A stretch of 60,536 nt of DNA from Catajapyx aquilonaris (Eukaryota), in assembly GCA_000934665.2 (NCBI GenBank), contig JYFJ02002320.1, forward strand, positions 1-60,536. The letters run 5' to 3'. The notes under the pieces were generated by a model. That model had not been told where the DNA came from, did not search any database, and saw nothing but the letters and a program-made list of their open reading frames with translations. Each line of letters begins with the position of its first letter. Position 1 is the first letter of the stretch. Of the stretch, positions 1 to 11,223 are shown piece by piece. A program made the position numbers and the translations under genes.

Positions 1-147
1 CTAGTGAAACCCCTGGGGCATATGTCGGGGCCTCCGTACGGATTTGCATAGCGAATAACAGGAGAGACAGACATACGTCTAGAAATATGTATTAGATTTA
101 TGTATAGGATCAACGTTAAAAGCAGGCTCTGTGTTATGTACTTATAG

Positions 148-639
148 CGCAAGAATAATACCGCTACTTCCCATCCAAAAAGCAGTGGGCCTGAAGACAA
201 TGATGACTCCATTTCAGACTACCTAGGTGATGATGTGATGAGCTTGTGGGCGCCAATCGTCAACTTACAAGAGGAGATTGATTCATCCTCCTCGTTAAGC
301 AAGGAAATCATTACGAGAGAGAAAGAGGAAGCAGCAGTAGCAACAAGCAACAGCGACAAGGTTCCTCATGATTTGACATACTGCGAACAACCTTCGTGTG
401 ACGCAGAAACTTGGAGCTCATTAATCCAGAACGACAACGATGTAGTTTCCACAACTTCACTCATCTTCTTCGTCTTCATTCTGTTAAATCTCCATCCCTT
501 CCACATCGTCCTACTCGCACCAGGCTTGCTCGCACTTATAGCTCCCATGCGTTGGGACATAATAATAATTGATTCCACGGACTTGCTGAGAAAATGTCTG
601 CGTGCCGTTGCAATTACCATGACCAATTACCCTTTCTAA
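148..639 (+). CDS. Exon or fragment of an upstream paralog of the orphan gene at 1419-2998 (possibly degenerate)
   Basis: After the acceptor ttatag, the frame RKNNTATSHPKSSGPEDND..DYLGDDVMSLWAPIVNL..DSSSSLSKEII..ATSNSDKVPHDLTYCEQ closely matches exon 2307-2635 (CRSNTANYQTKSSGSEDND..DYMGDDLMRLWAPVANL..ATSNSDKVQHDLTSCEQ). Similarity ends at about 460. Confidence 0.5.
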   Translation, partial: RKNNTATSHPKSSGPEDNDDSISDYLGDDVMSLWAPIVNLQEEIDSSSSLSKEIITREKEEAAVATSNSDKVPHDLTYCEQPSCDAETWSSLIQNDNDVVSTTSLIFFVFILLNLHPFHIVLLAPGLLALIAPMRWDIIIIDSTDLLRKCLRAVAITMTNYPF

Positions 640-852
640 TGTTCACGGCAAACGTGTCCATTCAAACTGTGCTCAACTGTGGAAAATGCATCAAGAAGTG
701 TAATAATTTCATGACATAAAATAAAGTTTGGTGAGTACAAACGTATATAGCAGGCCATTTACTTAGTTCACAATGGTGAGGGAATATTCCTCAAGTGCAG
801 AAAATGCTGGGCTACAATCTAGAACCAGAAAACCGCATTAGACGTCCATATT

Positions 853-1246
853 AATTAATTAATTAAATTAATAAGGGAGCCAAAGACATAATTTACTTGT
901 CGTTGATGTCATGTGGCGACAACACGTGCGAAGCGGACTAAAATCGAAATAAAAGATGGGGAGCGTTCGGGTGGCTGTGCACCGTTCAAAATGTTTTTTT
1001 AAAAATCGGATAATTGTAATTACAATATAATGTAATTTAAGTTGTTTTCAGATTAATTAATTAAATTAATAAGAGAGCCAAACATATTTACCTGTCGTTG
1101 ATGTCAAGTGGCGACAACACGTACGAAGCGGACTACAATCGAAACAAAATTGGGGAGCGTTCTGGTGGCTGTCCACTGTTCAAACTGGTTTTTTAACAAT
1201 CGGATAATTGTAATTACAATATAATGTCATTTAAGTTGTTTTCAAA
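853..1246. repeat. Direct tandem duplication, two units of about 195-200 bp
   Basis: Both units begin ttaattaattaaattaataag, contain gtcgttgatgtca(t/a)gtggcgacaacacgt and ggggagcgttc(g/t)ggtggctgt, and end ttaagttgttttca. Confidence 0.9.
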
Positions 1247-1418
1247 TTATTTCTTCACAGACATGTGTCGGTTGAATTCATCTGTGTCTTAAGAACTACT
1301 TTAGGAGAAAAACCGTTGGAGGAAAAAAAAACCCTGGAGGCTTTTTGATGGCCATTGTCGCGTGTACTTATTCTAGTTGCTTACTTAAAACACACATTAT
1401 TTTGTGGTGTACCTACAG

Positions 1419-2998
1419 GCAACAAGCAGTACCCTTTTCAACAATTCATCATGAACCGTAGTATTGTTGGAATAAGCCAGAGAAGACTTGAGGTGGACGT
1501 CAGTGGCCATGAGGAGGCCACGTGGTATTTCACGAGCAATGATGTCTTCCTTCATGAAGTTTCCATGAGTGGATTTAACCTGAAGGAATTTTTCCGACAA
1601 GGTAATAATTATGTCCAATTATTATTAAGCGAAATTGTGATGATGATAGTGTGTATTATTCTAAATCAGTTAATTTCAACAGGACAAGTCGTAAGGATTG
1701 TGGGTGTAGGTGAAGATTGTCAAGTACATTTTGGGGAAGTAATTGGAAATAAATATCAGCTGATGAAATCCATTGACAACTACTGCAGAAGATATTTTGT
1801 GACAAGTTACGGGAGAGAAACGCTGGTAATGATTCTAAACAAAAATTGTGCATGACTTCATTTTATAGTATGCGTATTTTTAAAAAAAATTGTCGTACAC
1901 ATTTTCCAATTAATTTTCACGCAGAAAAATAGAGCTGAAACGCTATTTCCTGATTATGAGAACATTTCATCGTCTGAGGAAGAAAATGTTTCATGGTACG
2001 ATGAAGAAAATATTCATCCCCATGATGCTTCCCGGCAGGTAGAATTGCAAGTGAGACATATTCCATTGTACTTAATATCATTGAAAATGTGGCATATGCG
2101 TAACTCATGATATTTTTATTATTTCTGCAGAAGGAAGAACTTCGACAGGAAATGCTCCGGTTGATTCCCGGCATTGTCGACACCTGCATGGCAAAGATCA
2201 GGGAAGAACTGAATAAGGTATAACACATGCAGTGAACAGCACAAAACTTTCTGCGCAATACATTATTTTTCTTGAACCTCACTGCACATATGTTGTGTAC
2301 TTACAGTGCAGGAGTAATACCGCTAACTACCAAACAAAAAGCAGTGGGTCTGAAGACAATGATTGGGATTCAGACTACATGGGTGACGATCTGATGCGCT
2401 TGTGGGCTCCAGTCGCCAACTTAGAAGATGTGAAAACAGTGGTGATTGATTCATCATCCTCGTTAAACAAGGATATCATTAAGGGAGGAAAACAGAATGA
2501 TTTTACAGAGCATCCAGCCGCAACAAGCAATAGCGACAAGGTTCAGCATGATTTGACAAGCTGCGAACAATATTCGTACGACGCAGAATCTTACAACGGC
2601 ACAGTGTCCACAACTTCCCATGATGTATCCCCACAGGTAGACTTTCAATCTGTTGTACCTATAATTTCACGGAAATATGGCATGTACGTAACTCACGAGA
2701 TTTTTATTATTTTCCGCAGAAGGAAGAACTTCGACAGGAAATGTTGCAGTTGATCCCCGGCATTGTAGACACCTGCATGGCAAAGATAAGGGAAGAACTG
2801 AGGGTGAGGTCAACAGCTTGAATCTTTTTGTGCAATACATTTTTTTTTTTTTCATTAACCTTACTGCATGTTGAGTACGAAACTATGTATACATAAAGTA
2901 ATGCTCTATTTCCACAGAATGAGATGGATGAGAAAAAAATGATCAGGCAAAGAGACAAATTCGTCAAGTGGTGGAATTCTAGTAGGAATGATTTTTGA
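1419..2998 (+). CDS. Multi-exon orphan protein gene with a duplicated exon module (start uncertain)
   Basis: Phase-consistent GT-AG exons at about 1419-1601, 1683-1825, 1925-2038, 2131-2217, 2307-2635, 2720-2803 and 2918-2998 (stop TGA). The exon KEELRQEML(R/Q)LIPGIVDTCMAKIREEL occurs twice. No recognisable domain. Confidence 0.6.
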
Positions 2999-3149
2999 TG
3001 ATTGATGTAAGAATGTGATTTTTGTTTATTTTGTGTAGTGTCAGCCCGGTAAAAAGCAAGCTACATGTTGTGTAATTACAGCGCAAGAGTAATGCCATTG
3101 TGCTCAACTGTGTAATTATTTCGGCTGCAAAAATAAACAAGATTTTATT

Positions 3150-3400
3150 CATATGAACCGCCATTTTTAAACAGCGTTGCCAACCTCAAGGCCATTTCCA
3201 CATTTTTGTTGTCAAAATTTAAATAGCTTTAAAGGAGATATAGAAAGCTAAATAGATTTAAACCTGCAGTTAATTGTGATGTAATAATAAACGTGATTAA
3301 ATATTAAATTGGGTTCAGATTGGAAACGACAGTTCATTCACATGGCAGTGGCAGCAATGCACCCCCCTGAATGGACAAGATGGCCGCCGTTTGTTCGTTC
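3150..3400. promoter_or_regulatory. Putative promoter of the zinc-finger gene at 3521 (YY1-like and Motif-1-like sites)
   Basis: CAAGATGGCCGCC at about 3376 and CCGCCATTTT at about 3159 (YY1/Pho consensus). CAGCGTTGCCAA at about 3171 (reverse TTGGCAACGCTG). Confidence 0.5.
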
Positions 3401-3520
3401 CTGATGTGATTTTGGCAACTTAAACTTTAATTTTCTCAACGTCAACTACAGATCTGTCCTTCATTTTTGCATCTAACAGAAGCCCAGATTGTACGTCCGT
3501 GTACTCAGTGAGTTTCAGCC

Positions 3521-5930
3521 ATGGATTCGGAAGGGGACGGAATTGCAAAGTTCAACAAGATCCTTCTGGACAAGCTAATGGAGCAAGGATCTGAGCTCAA
3601 TTCGAACTTGGCGTCCAGGATGGACATGGTGATGGCCAAGCTGGACGAGGCTGAAGAGAGACTGGTGACCAAGATGGAGGAGATGGAAGAGAGGCTGTTG
3701 GGCCACATGAAACGCCACGTGGCCGTGACCGAGGCAAGCATCGTCTGCAGGATTGATCAAGTGGAGAGACGCATGGCCAACATGATTGAGGAGGTGGAGA
3801 AGAGGGTCATCGACACGCTCGAGCGGATCAGGCCTCATCAGGGAAAAGGTGACTCCTGTCGTTACATGTACGAGTAGTAATTAACACCAGATAATGCCTT
3901 CGACTGTCTTAACATGCGTTGAAAGAAAAATAAGCTTATACGTAGCAGGGTATATAAACAAACAAACACATACGTACCAAGCCTTATTGCCCCATGGACC
4001 TATGATGAATTTGTTGCAGAACGAACATTATTGTGGCTTTGTCAACCGTGTACCTTAGCTATACTTAGGTGGCCCAAGGTAAGACTGCATGGCCAAGTGG
4101 GTCTTTAAAATTTATTGGCAAAACCTCAATAACGCTCGTTGGCCTGCAGCGCCACAATAATGCTCGTTGGCCTGCAGCGCCACACTAATGTCCGTTGGCC
4201 TGCAGCGCCACACTAATGTCCGTTGACCTGCAGCGCCACAATAATGTTCGTTGGCCTGCAGCGCCACACCAATGCTCGTTGGCCTGCAGCGCCACACTAA
4301 TGCTCGTTGGCCTGCAGCGCCACACTAATGTCATTTGGCCTGCAGTGCCACACTAATGTTCATTGGCCTGCAGCGCCACAATAACGTTCGTTGGCCTGCA
4401 GCGCCACAATAAGACTTAATCTTTTATTGTCATTTCAGCTTGTTACATTGTTGGCGAAGCCATTCCTGGAAATGCGGATCAGCAAAATGGAGCAGAGATG
4501 CCAAGAAAGGTCAGACGTACGGATGATGATCCCAGAGAAGTGAAAGTAAAACAACGGCTGAATACGAAGGGTAAGAAAATGTTCCTGCAACCTGAAACAA
4601 AATGGAAATTATGCTACATATTTTGATCTCAAGCCACTTATTCTTTACGAAATCGTGGTTCATTTCTCAGAAACTGAAGGTCAGGAAGTGCTGTTAGTAC
4701 AAGAGACCAATGAAGATCAGTCGACAGCAGGAACAGATCCAATTGTTGCTGAAATTACTGTGGATGAGCAAAAGGAAGTAGTTGAAGAGGGAATGGTCGT
4801 AGATGAGGATGGACAATGGAATCAGCAGACGTGCGAAGAAATAACGTTGTTTGTGGATTCATCAGGTGATTTGCACGTACCTAACCGACCTAAACAGGAC
4901 CTTAGTTTGTTCTTTAACGGCCATACTTTTCTGCAGCGAAACCAGAAGCCATCTCACCTGATCGGGAAACCATCACAGTGAAGGCGGAAGCTGAAGACGA
5001 AGCGGAAATTGATATTGAAGAAACCTGGATGCTACCGATCAAGGAAGAATCGCATTTGAATTCAACAGGCGATGACTTGGATCACGAGTATTCAGCCAGA
5101 GGTTTGCATACGCTTCCTTTATTCCCTAAAATTTAAACGTGTTGTCGTAACAACACTTACTATGCCAAGTAATTATTCGTTTTAATTTACCTTTTCTTAA
5201 ACCAGTAACGGACAGTATGAAGACAGCCGTTAAAACCTATGCGGCTGCATCGTCAAAGAGTATCCGACAAATAATTTTTCCAGTGTCTGCTGATAGTGGA
5301 TTTAATGAGGAGAAACTGGTGAATACGGGAGTTGACGAGTCTGCTCGTGACGTACAACCTTGGAAAATATTGTTGAAGGAAGAGACGCCAGATGTGGATT
5401 CAGATGACTTGAACGTGCAACAAGATGCTGCGGAAGAGGAGGAGATTCTATCGCTGCCATCGGATGTCACCAGAGCGGCTCAACGTAACTCTGGCGGTTC
5501 AACCAGTGAAAAGTCAGCCGTGGAAAACAAGAGTTTGTATATGCCTTCCGGTGGGAAACTTTTTATGTGCAATATTTGCAGTGTGTCCTTCGCCCGTTTG
5601 GTGGACCTATCGAATCACAGAGTGACGCATACTTCTAGTGATCTGTTTAAATGCACGAGGTGCAACAAGACATTTCAACGGAAGCACCAATTAGCCGTGC
5701 ACGTCAAGCAGATGCACGCAAAGGACAAGCCGTTCGCGTGCGGACACTGTGGATTGCACTATTCTCACCGCGAGAGTTTCCAGGTCCACATGATGACCCA
5801 CACTTGGCAGAAACCGTTCACTTGCAGACTCTGCTTGGAAGCCTTCCCTAATCACAAGGCGGTTCAAACCCACATGAAGACTCACGCGTCCGGCAAATCG
5901 GGTAAAATCCATCATAAAAAGAGGGTTTGA
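3521..5930 (+). CDS. C2H2 zinc-finger protein (4 fingers) with an N-terminal hendecad coiled coil and acidic linker
   Basis: Exons at about 3521-3848, 4439-4570, 4671-4866, 4937-5101 and 5284 (or 5206)-5930, all joined in phase 1. Fingers CNIC, CTRC, CGHC and CRLC with HxxxH(x) and KPF-type linkers. Confidence 0.85.
4015..4412. repeat. 28-bp tandem array (about 10 copies) with an inverted partial unit on the left
   Basis: Unit ggcctgcagcgccaca(a/c)taatgctcgtt from about 4130-4412. The stretch aacgaacattattgtggc at about 4020 is its reverse complement. Related gccacaataacgttcgttgg copies lie at 38595-38900. Confidence 0.9.
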
Positions 5931-6189
5931 TTGATCCGTATGACAATAATAATTGTCAAAAAAAAAAAAAGCCGACACCATGAGCACATTTCATTCCATA
6001 CAAAGTGCAATTTACATTATTTTGCTGTATGCATTTGTGTAAATAAATACTGCTCAGAAATAATGATCATTGTGCATACGTCATTACCTGCAATGCAAAT
6101 CTTAATGATAATTAGTATTGAAGTGCTTTCTACTGTCGTATTAACATTAAGAAATATATTAATTGTTTTTATTGTGTTTGTTTTATTTA

Positions 6190-6660
6190 TCCTTTTTAAT
6201 TATTTTTGTATGTGTTTAATTTATCCTTAATTATCCTATTTAATTATTTTGTATTTGTTTAATTTGTCCGTATTTATCCTATTTAATTATTTTTATTGTA
6301 TTTGTTTAATTTATCCTTATTTATCATATTTAATTATTTTTATTGTATTTGTTTAATTTATCCTTATTTATCCTATTTAATTATTTTTATTGTATTTGTT
6401 TAATTTATCCTTATTTATTTTATTTTATTATTTTTATTGTACCGGTATTTGTTTAATTTATCCTACTTAATTATTTTTATTGTATTTGTTTAATTCATCC
6501 TCATTTATCCTTTTAAATTATTTTTATTGTATTTGTTTAATTCATCCTCATTTATCCTTTTAAATTATTTTTATTGTAATTATTGTTTTATCCTTATTTT
6601 TCCAATTGATTTTATTGTATTTGTTTTATTTATCCTATTTAATTACTTTTATTTCATTTT
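6190..6660. repeat. AT-rich minisatellite, about 47-bp unit
   Basis: Repeated ttatccttatttatcctatttaattatttttattgtatttgtttaat. Confidence 0.9.
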
Positions 6661-6958
6661 ATCATTGTGACATTATTGATATGTACTTATTAGTTAATCA
6701 TTATTAACATTAAGTGCATAAGGCAAACTGTAAAATCCGATACGGTATCCTCCGAACAGATCTGATGCAGCCAACGGAATGCGGCCAGAGCTTCTAATTT
6801 CCGCCACCGCATCATTTTGATGTCGCCAGCTACCCACTCTTTTCCGCCTGAAATGTCATCAGTCTGTTGTTGCCCTCTCCAGGGGTCAAAGGTCACGTCT
6901 AGGACCCAAATTTGGATCAAAAAACCATCCAGAGCGTTCCCTTCGATCCCCTGCACAG

Positions 6959-8030
6959 ATGTCTGCTGCCCAGGAGACACCTCCAGCTGATGAAGGTAAC
7001 GGGATGACATGAAAGAGACGCAACCAATTTTGTGGAGAGAGAACAATCAATATTAATTAATTATAATTAAATTAATGTTATAATTAGAAGAAGAAAAAAT
7101 AATGTAGGTTGTGTTTCAGCTGTGAAGGAGGCTTCAAAGCGGATGAAGAACGAATCGGTGGGACTGGAGGAGAAACGAGAAGCAACGTTACGAGAGGCAG
7201 AAGCTCAGATGGAAATTGAAGTACAATGCCGTACTGAGAAACACGGTACGGAGCAAGACTGTACAAAGCAAGTATGTACGAAGCAAGACTGTACAAAGCA
7301 AGTATGTACGAAGCAAGACTGTACAGAGTACGACCGTACTGAGCAACAACATACTGAGTATGACCGTACTGAGCAAGATAGGACGAAGCAACAACATACT
7401 GAACAAGACAGTACGGAGCAAGACCATCCTGCAACAAGTGCTGATGGTTGCATGATATGTCTCTTTTGCTGCAAGACTTTTACGACCCTGGATAGCCTGG
7501 CGCACCATCAAAAAATCCACACGGGACCCAGACCTTTCAGTTGCGAGTACTGCAACAGAGCGTTTGCGCACAGCTGCTCGATGCTGAGCCACAGACGTAC
7601 GCACACCAGAGAAAAGCAGTACAAATGCAGGTATTGCACGCAGTCGTTTCGGTGCGAGACGGACTTGAACGATCATGCCAAGTCGCACAGTGTGGATAAG
7701 CCCTTCACGTGCGAGTTTTGCGAGAAGACTTTTGCGCACAACTCTCACTTGGTGCGACACACCAAGACGCACACGGGGGAGAAGCCTTTTGTCTGCAGGG
7801 TGTGCCAGAAGTCCTTTCCCGAGCAAGGCAACCTGGTTTCGCATATGAGGACGCACACTGGGGAGAGGCCCTTTGCATGCGAGTTTTGCAACAAGTCGTT
7901 TTCGCAGAGCTCGCACCTCGCGAAACACAAGAGGACGCACACTGGCGAAAGACCTTTCACCTGCGATGCGTGTAACAAGTCGTTTTCTACTCGCACCACC
8001 TGGAAATCCCACGCCGCAACGCATAAGTAG
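6959..8030 (+). CDS. C2H2 zinc-finger protein (7 fingers) with pentapeptide repeats
   Basis: Exon 1 at 6959-6995 (MSAAQETPPADE, phase 1) splices to 7120-8030. Seven CxxC..HxxxH fingers with TGE(K/R)PF linkers; TKQDC/TKQVC/TEQDR repeats precede them. Confidence 0.9.
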
Positions 8031-8198
8031 CAATTAATCGAACCATTACGTACACGGCAAGCGTATTTTTAATTGTTGGTTTAATCTGTACATATACCGA
8101 CACAGTAATGGCACCATTGGAAAGCTAATTTTGTGGACTTTCCAAATTCAGTAATAGATTCTCAAATAAAATGTATGTGTATTTTTTATTTTTAACTA

Positions 8199-8989
8199 TT
8201 AAAGAACGTGCAGTTGCATCGTAGTCTCGACTTCCAATTTTCCAACCGGAACCAGCTGGCAAGTCCAGATTCCGCCGTCCTTTTCCTCGACAGCTTCGAT
8301 CCGAACTCCGCAGTATCCCTCCCTGTTCGACCCAACTTGTGCGAATCCCTCAGGAGATCCGACTATCGCATCGTCTTGTATCCGAACTAGTTGGCCGTCA
8401 GGTCCGGTTAAAGTGCAGAGAAACAGTGGCGACGTTATGCGGCATAGGATTGTGGCTGAGGAACCCGCCGTGGAGAACACGTGATCCGTCACGTCGTACC
8501 ATTCTCCTGGACGGTCGACAGGTGCTGCGGATACTAATTATTAGGATCTGAAGGCGATACGTACAAAACGTACTTACTGTAGACATGCAGTTGAATCGTA
8601 GTTTCGATGCGGAGTTTGCCTAACGGTGTAGCCATACACGACCAGTTTCCATTGTCCTTTTCCGACACTTGTTCAATCTGGACTCCGCATTTCCCCTGGT
8701 TCATCCGGCCGACTTGTCTGTATCCTTCAGGCGGTGCGATTGGCACGTCTTGTTGAACTTCGAAGGCCTGTCCATGCGGTCCGTGTACGCTGCACACTAA
8801 CAGCGGCTCATCCACGTCACATGATATCGTAGCTGACTGGTGAGTCTCCACATGGAGTTCAGTCGTGGCTTGTCCTGCGGATATGAACACATCAGTTGGT
8901 CATACGGAAAGTACAACGACATACGTACCTGGACAAACTCTAAGTACAAGTACGGCCGTACAAATTGCTGCGAACGAAAAGGTCGACAT
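8199..8989 (-). CDS. Secreted protein with two tandem Ig-like domains
   Basis: Exons 8989-8929 (signal peptide MSTFSFAAICTAVLVLRVCP), 8874-8578 and 8524-8199. Each Ig exon has SATIxC..C.(V/L).GP.G..G.CGV.IE.V.EKD.G.W.C and ends ETT(I/M)QLHV. No transmembrane segment. Confidence 0.85.
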
Positions 8990-9501
8990 TGCTTTGTCTA
9001 AGGTACGTCAGTGTCTGATTACTTTCTTGGCTTAACCTGCCGTTATCAGTAACACGTCAAAAGCTCAGCGCGCTTATCAAATTTTAGCATAATGATAACG
9101 AACGGGTTCAGGACGGAAGTTATGACTCAGGGCAAATGTCTATCCGTACACGTCCGGTGTGTCATGTCACATATTTTATTACGTCAATTTACATTTAATT
9201 ATAATAAATAGATAATTGCAGTTCAGAGTGTCCACAGTTCAAGTAACTGGACCAGTTGTTGGTGAAATTAAGATTGTCTCATTATCTGTGCACAATTAAA
9301 AATTTTAACGACATTGCGGAGCAATGCGTCATGCCTTTTCCGATTTGTTGGTTCATCCTCCGAGAACTGATTAGTTCTGATAGCAATGAGATAGCAATAC
9401 TGATAAAAGGGACGCAAATTCTGATAAATATCGGCAGGTGCAAACACGACGGATAAATGAGCCTTTTTAAATTTGCAGTGTTACGCACTCGGTACAAATT
9501 T

Positions 9502-11033
9502 TCAATCCGTTGCCTTGTGCGATCTCACGTGATATGCCAAGTGGCATCGCTGCGTGAATGATTTCCCGCACTGGTTACATTCGAAGGGCTTTTCCCCAGT
9601 GTGCGTCCGCATGTGAATCACCAAATAGCTTCGTTCGGAAAATAGTCGTCCGCACTGTTCACACGTATGCGGCTTCTCCCGAGTGTGTGTCCGCATGTGC
9701 CGCGACATGTTGCTCTGATCAGTGTAAGCCTTCCCGCAGTGTTTGCATTCAAACGGCCTTTCCCCGGTATGCCGCCGGATATGAGCCGCCAAATCATGGC
9801 TCCTCCCAAATGACTTCCCGCACTGATTGCAACTTAGCATCTTCCCGCCAATGTGTGTCCACATGTGAGCCGCCAAGTTCCCGTTTGTCGCCGACGCTTT
9901 CCCGCATACAACGCACTTAAACGGTCTTTCCCCCGTGTGGATCCGCTTGTGCTTTATAATCTGGCTGGGTTTGTCGAATGACTTTGCGCATATATCGCAC
10001 TTGAACGGCTTTTCCCCATTGTGAACAGCGGATATGTGGCCAGCCAGTTCGGTCGACACGAATGAAACGTTGCATATCTTACACTTTCGCTTGAACAATC
10101 GCGGCTTACGGATAGGAGCAAGCGGATCTTGCACGTTATCCATGAGCGGATCTCGCACGTTATCCATGAGCGGATCTCGCACGTTATCCATGAGCGGATC
10201 TCGCACGTTATCCATGAGCGGATCTCGCACGTTATCCATGAGCGGATCTCGCACGTTATCCATGAGCGGATCTCGCACGTTATCCATGAGCGGATCTCGC
10301 ACGTTATCCATGAGCGGATCTCGCACGTTATCCATGAGCGGCGCTGACACTAACGGCTCCTCCGTCTTCACATCTATGTCGCAGTCTTGAATCGCAGCGT
10401 CGTCCGAATATCCCGACGCCTCAACTTCAACTTTGCAAAAGACAGCTTCCTGCCCATCGGACATGACTCCTGTCGTACATGAAGGTCCAGCTGTTGTGAC
10501 GGCATCAGGCGCTGTTTCCGTGGTGGTTACTGATGAGTCGCTCTTGATGGCGAGACACCGAAGCGCAGGAGGCTTCCGCTTTTGCTGGAAATGTCGAATA
10601 TGTACGTTATGAACGGTATTGCCACTTTGACTTTTATTACATGCCTGCGGAAAGACTGTGGGTACGGCATCTTCTCTGAGTCGGACGGTGGCCAATCCCG
10701 TCCGGTCGAAGCAATCCTCCGTGAAGTGCTCGCAGCAGATGTGTATCACCTTAGGCGGACCCGGCGGGCCCTTCCAATCCTCCCTCCGGACGGCACGTAT
10801 CCACAGGTTCCTCCTCTCAGGATTCTTGGGGAACCTGTGCCCATCATTAGTCGCAACATCAGTCACGACATGCCAAAAATAATTAAATCATGCTCATACC
10901 AACTGTAGTAAGTCAAATGGTAGGTACTACAACATACTGTACATCATAATGGTACTCACAAGTGGTACGTAATTTTCTTGGCATACTTTTTGTTCGATCT
11001 GTTTGTGCAACCCACTGCTGCACACAGAACCAT
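9502..11033 (-). CDS. THAP-domain plus 7 C2H2 zinc-finger transcription factor
   Basis: Exon 1 at 11033-10960 (MVLCAAVGCTN..) splices to 10834 (FPKNPERRNLWI..CCEHF..AVPTVF), giving the THAP signature C2CH, P, W and AVPTxF. Seven C-terminal C2H2 fingers. Confidence 0.92.
10121..10341 (-). repeat. Coding 24-bp minisatellite (PLMDNVRD x9)
   Basis: Near-perfect repeats of gagcggatctcgcacgttatccat, in frame within the THAP-ZnF linker. Confidence 0.95.
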
Positions 11034-11223
11034 GGCGTCCCCAATCCTCTCCAAAGGACCAAAAATCGCATTCGGATGGCTGCCTTTGGAACCATTCAAA
11101 AAAAATGATCAAAATCCGCATTCTGACGCCTGCCTGAAGAAAACCGTTCAAAAACCGTATCAGACATACGGTATCTACATGTCAAATATAAAAACCAACG
11201 ATGAAAATTGCAATGTAAAAATT

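Noticed and set aside
1..98. Helitron-like terminus (gacagacatac..tattagat)
   Set aside because: Suggestive only; it is truncated by the window edge and has no partner end.
4130..4412. CRISPR-like 28-bp repeats
   Set aside because: The units are contiguous with no unique spacers, the context is a eukaryotic intron, and there are no cas genes.
7120..8030. Alternative terminal zinc-finger exon spliced to the 3521 gene (lola or mod(mdg4)-like architecture)
   Set aside because: It is phase-compatible, but a dedicated first exon with ATG and donor exists at 6959-6995, so a separate gene is the simpler reading.
7188..8033. 281-aa antisense ORF and similar antisense ORFs over FOCAD, JAK and NGLY1
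   Set aside because: These are shadow ORFs of GC-rich coding exons with no independent features.
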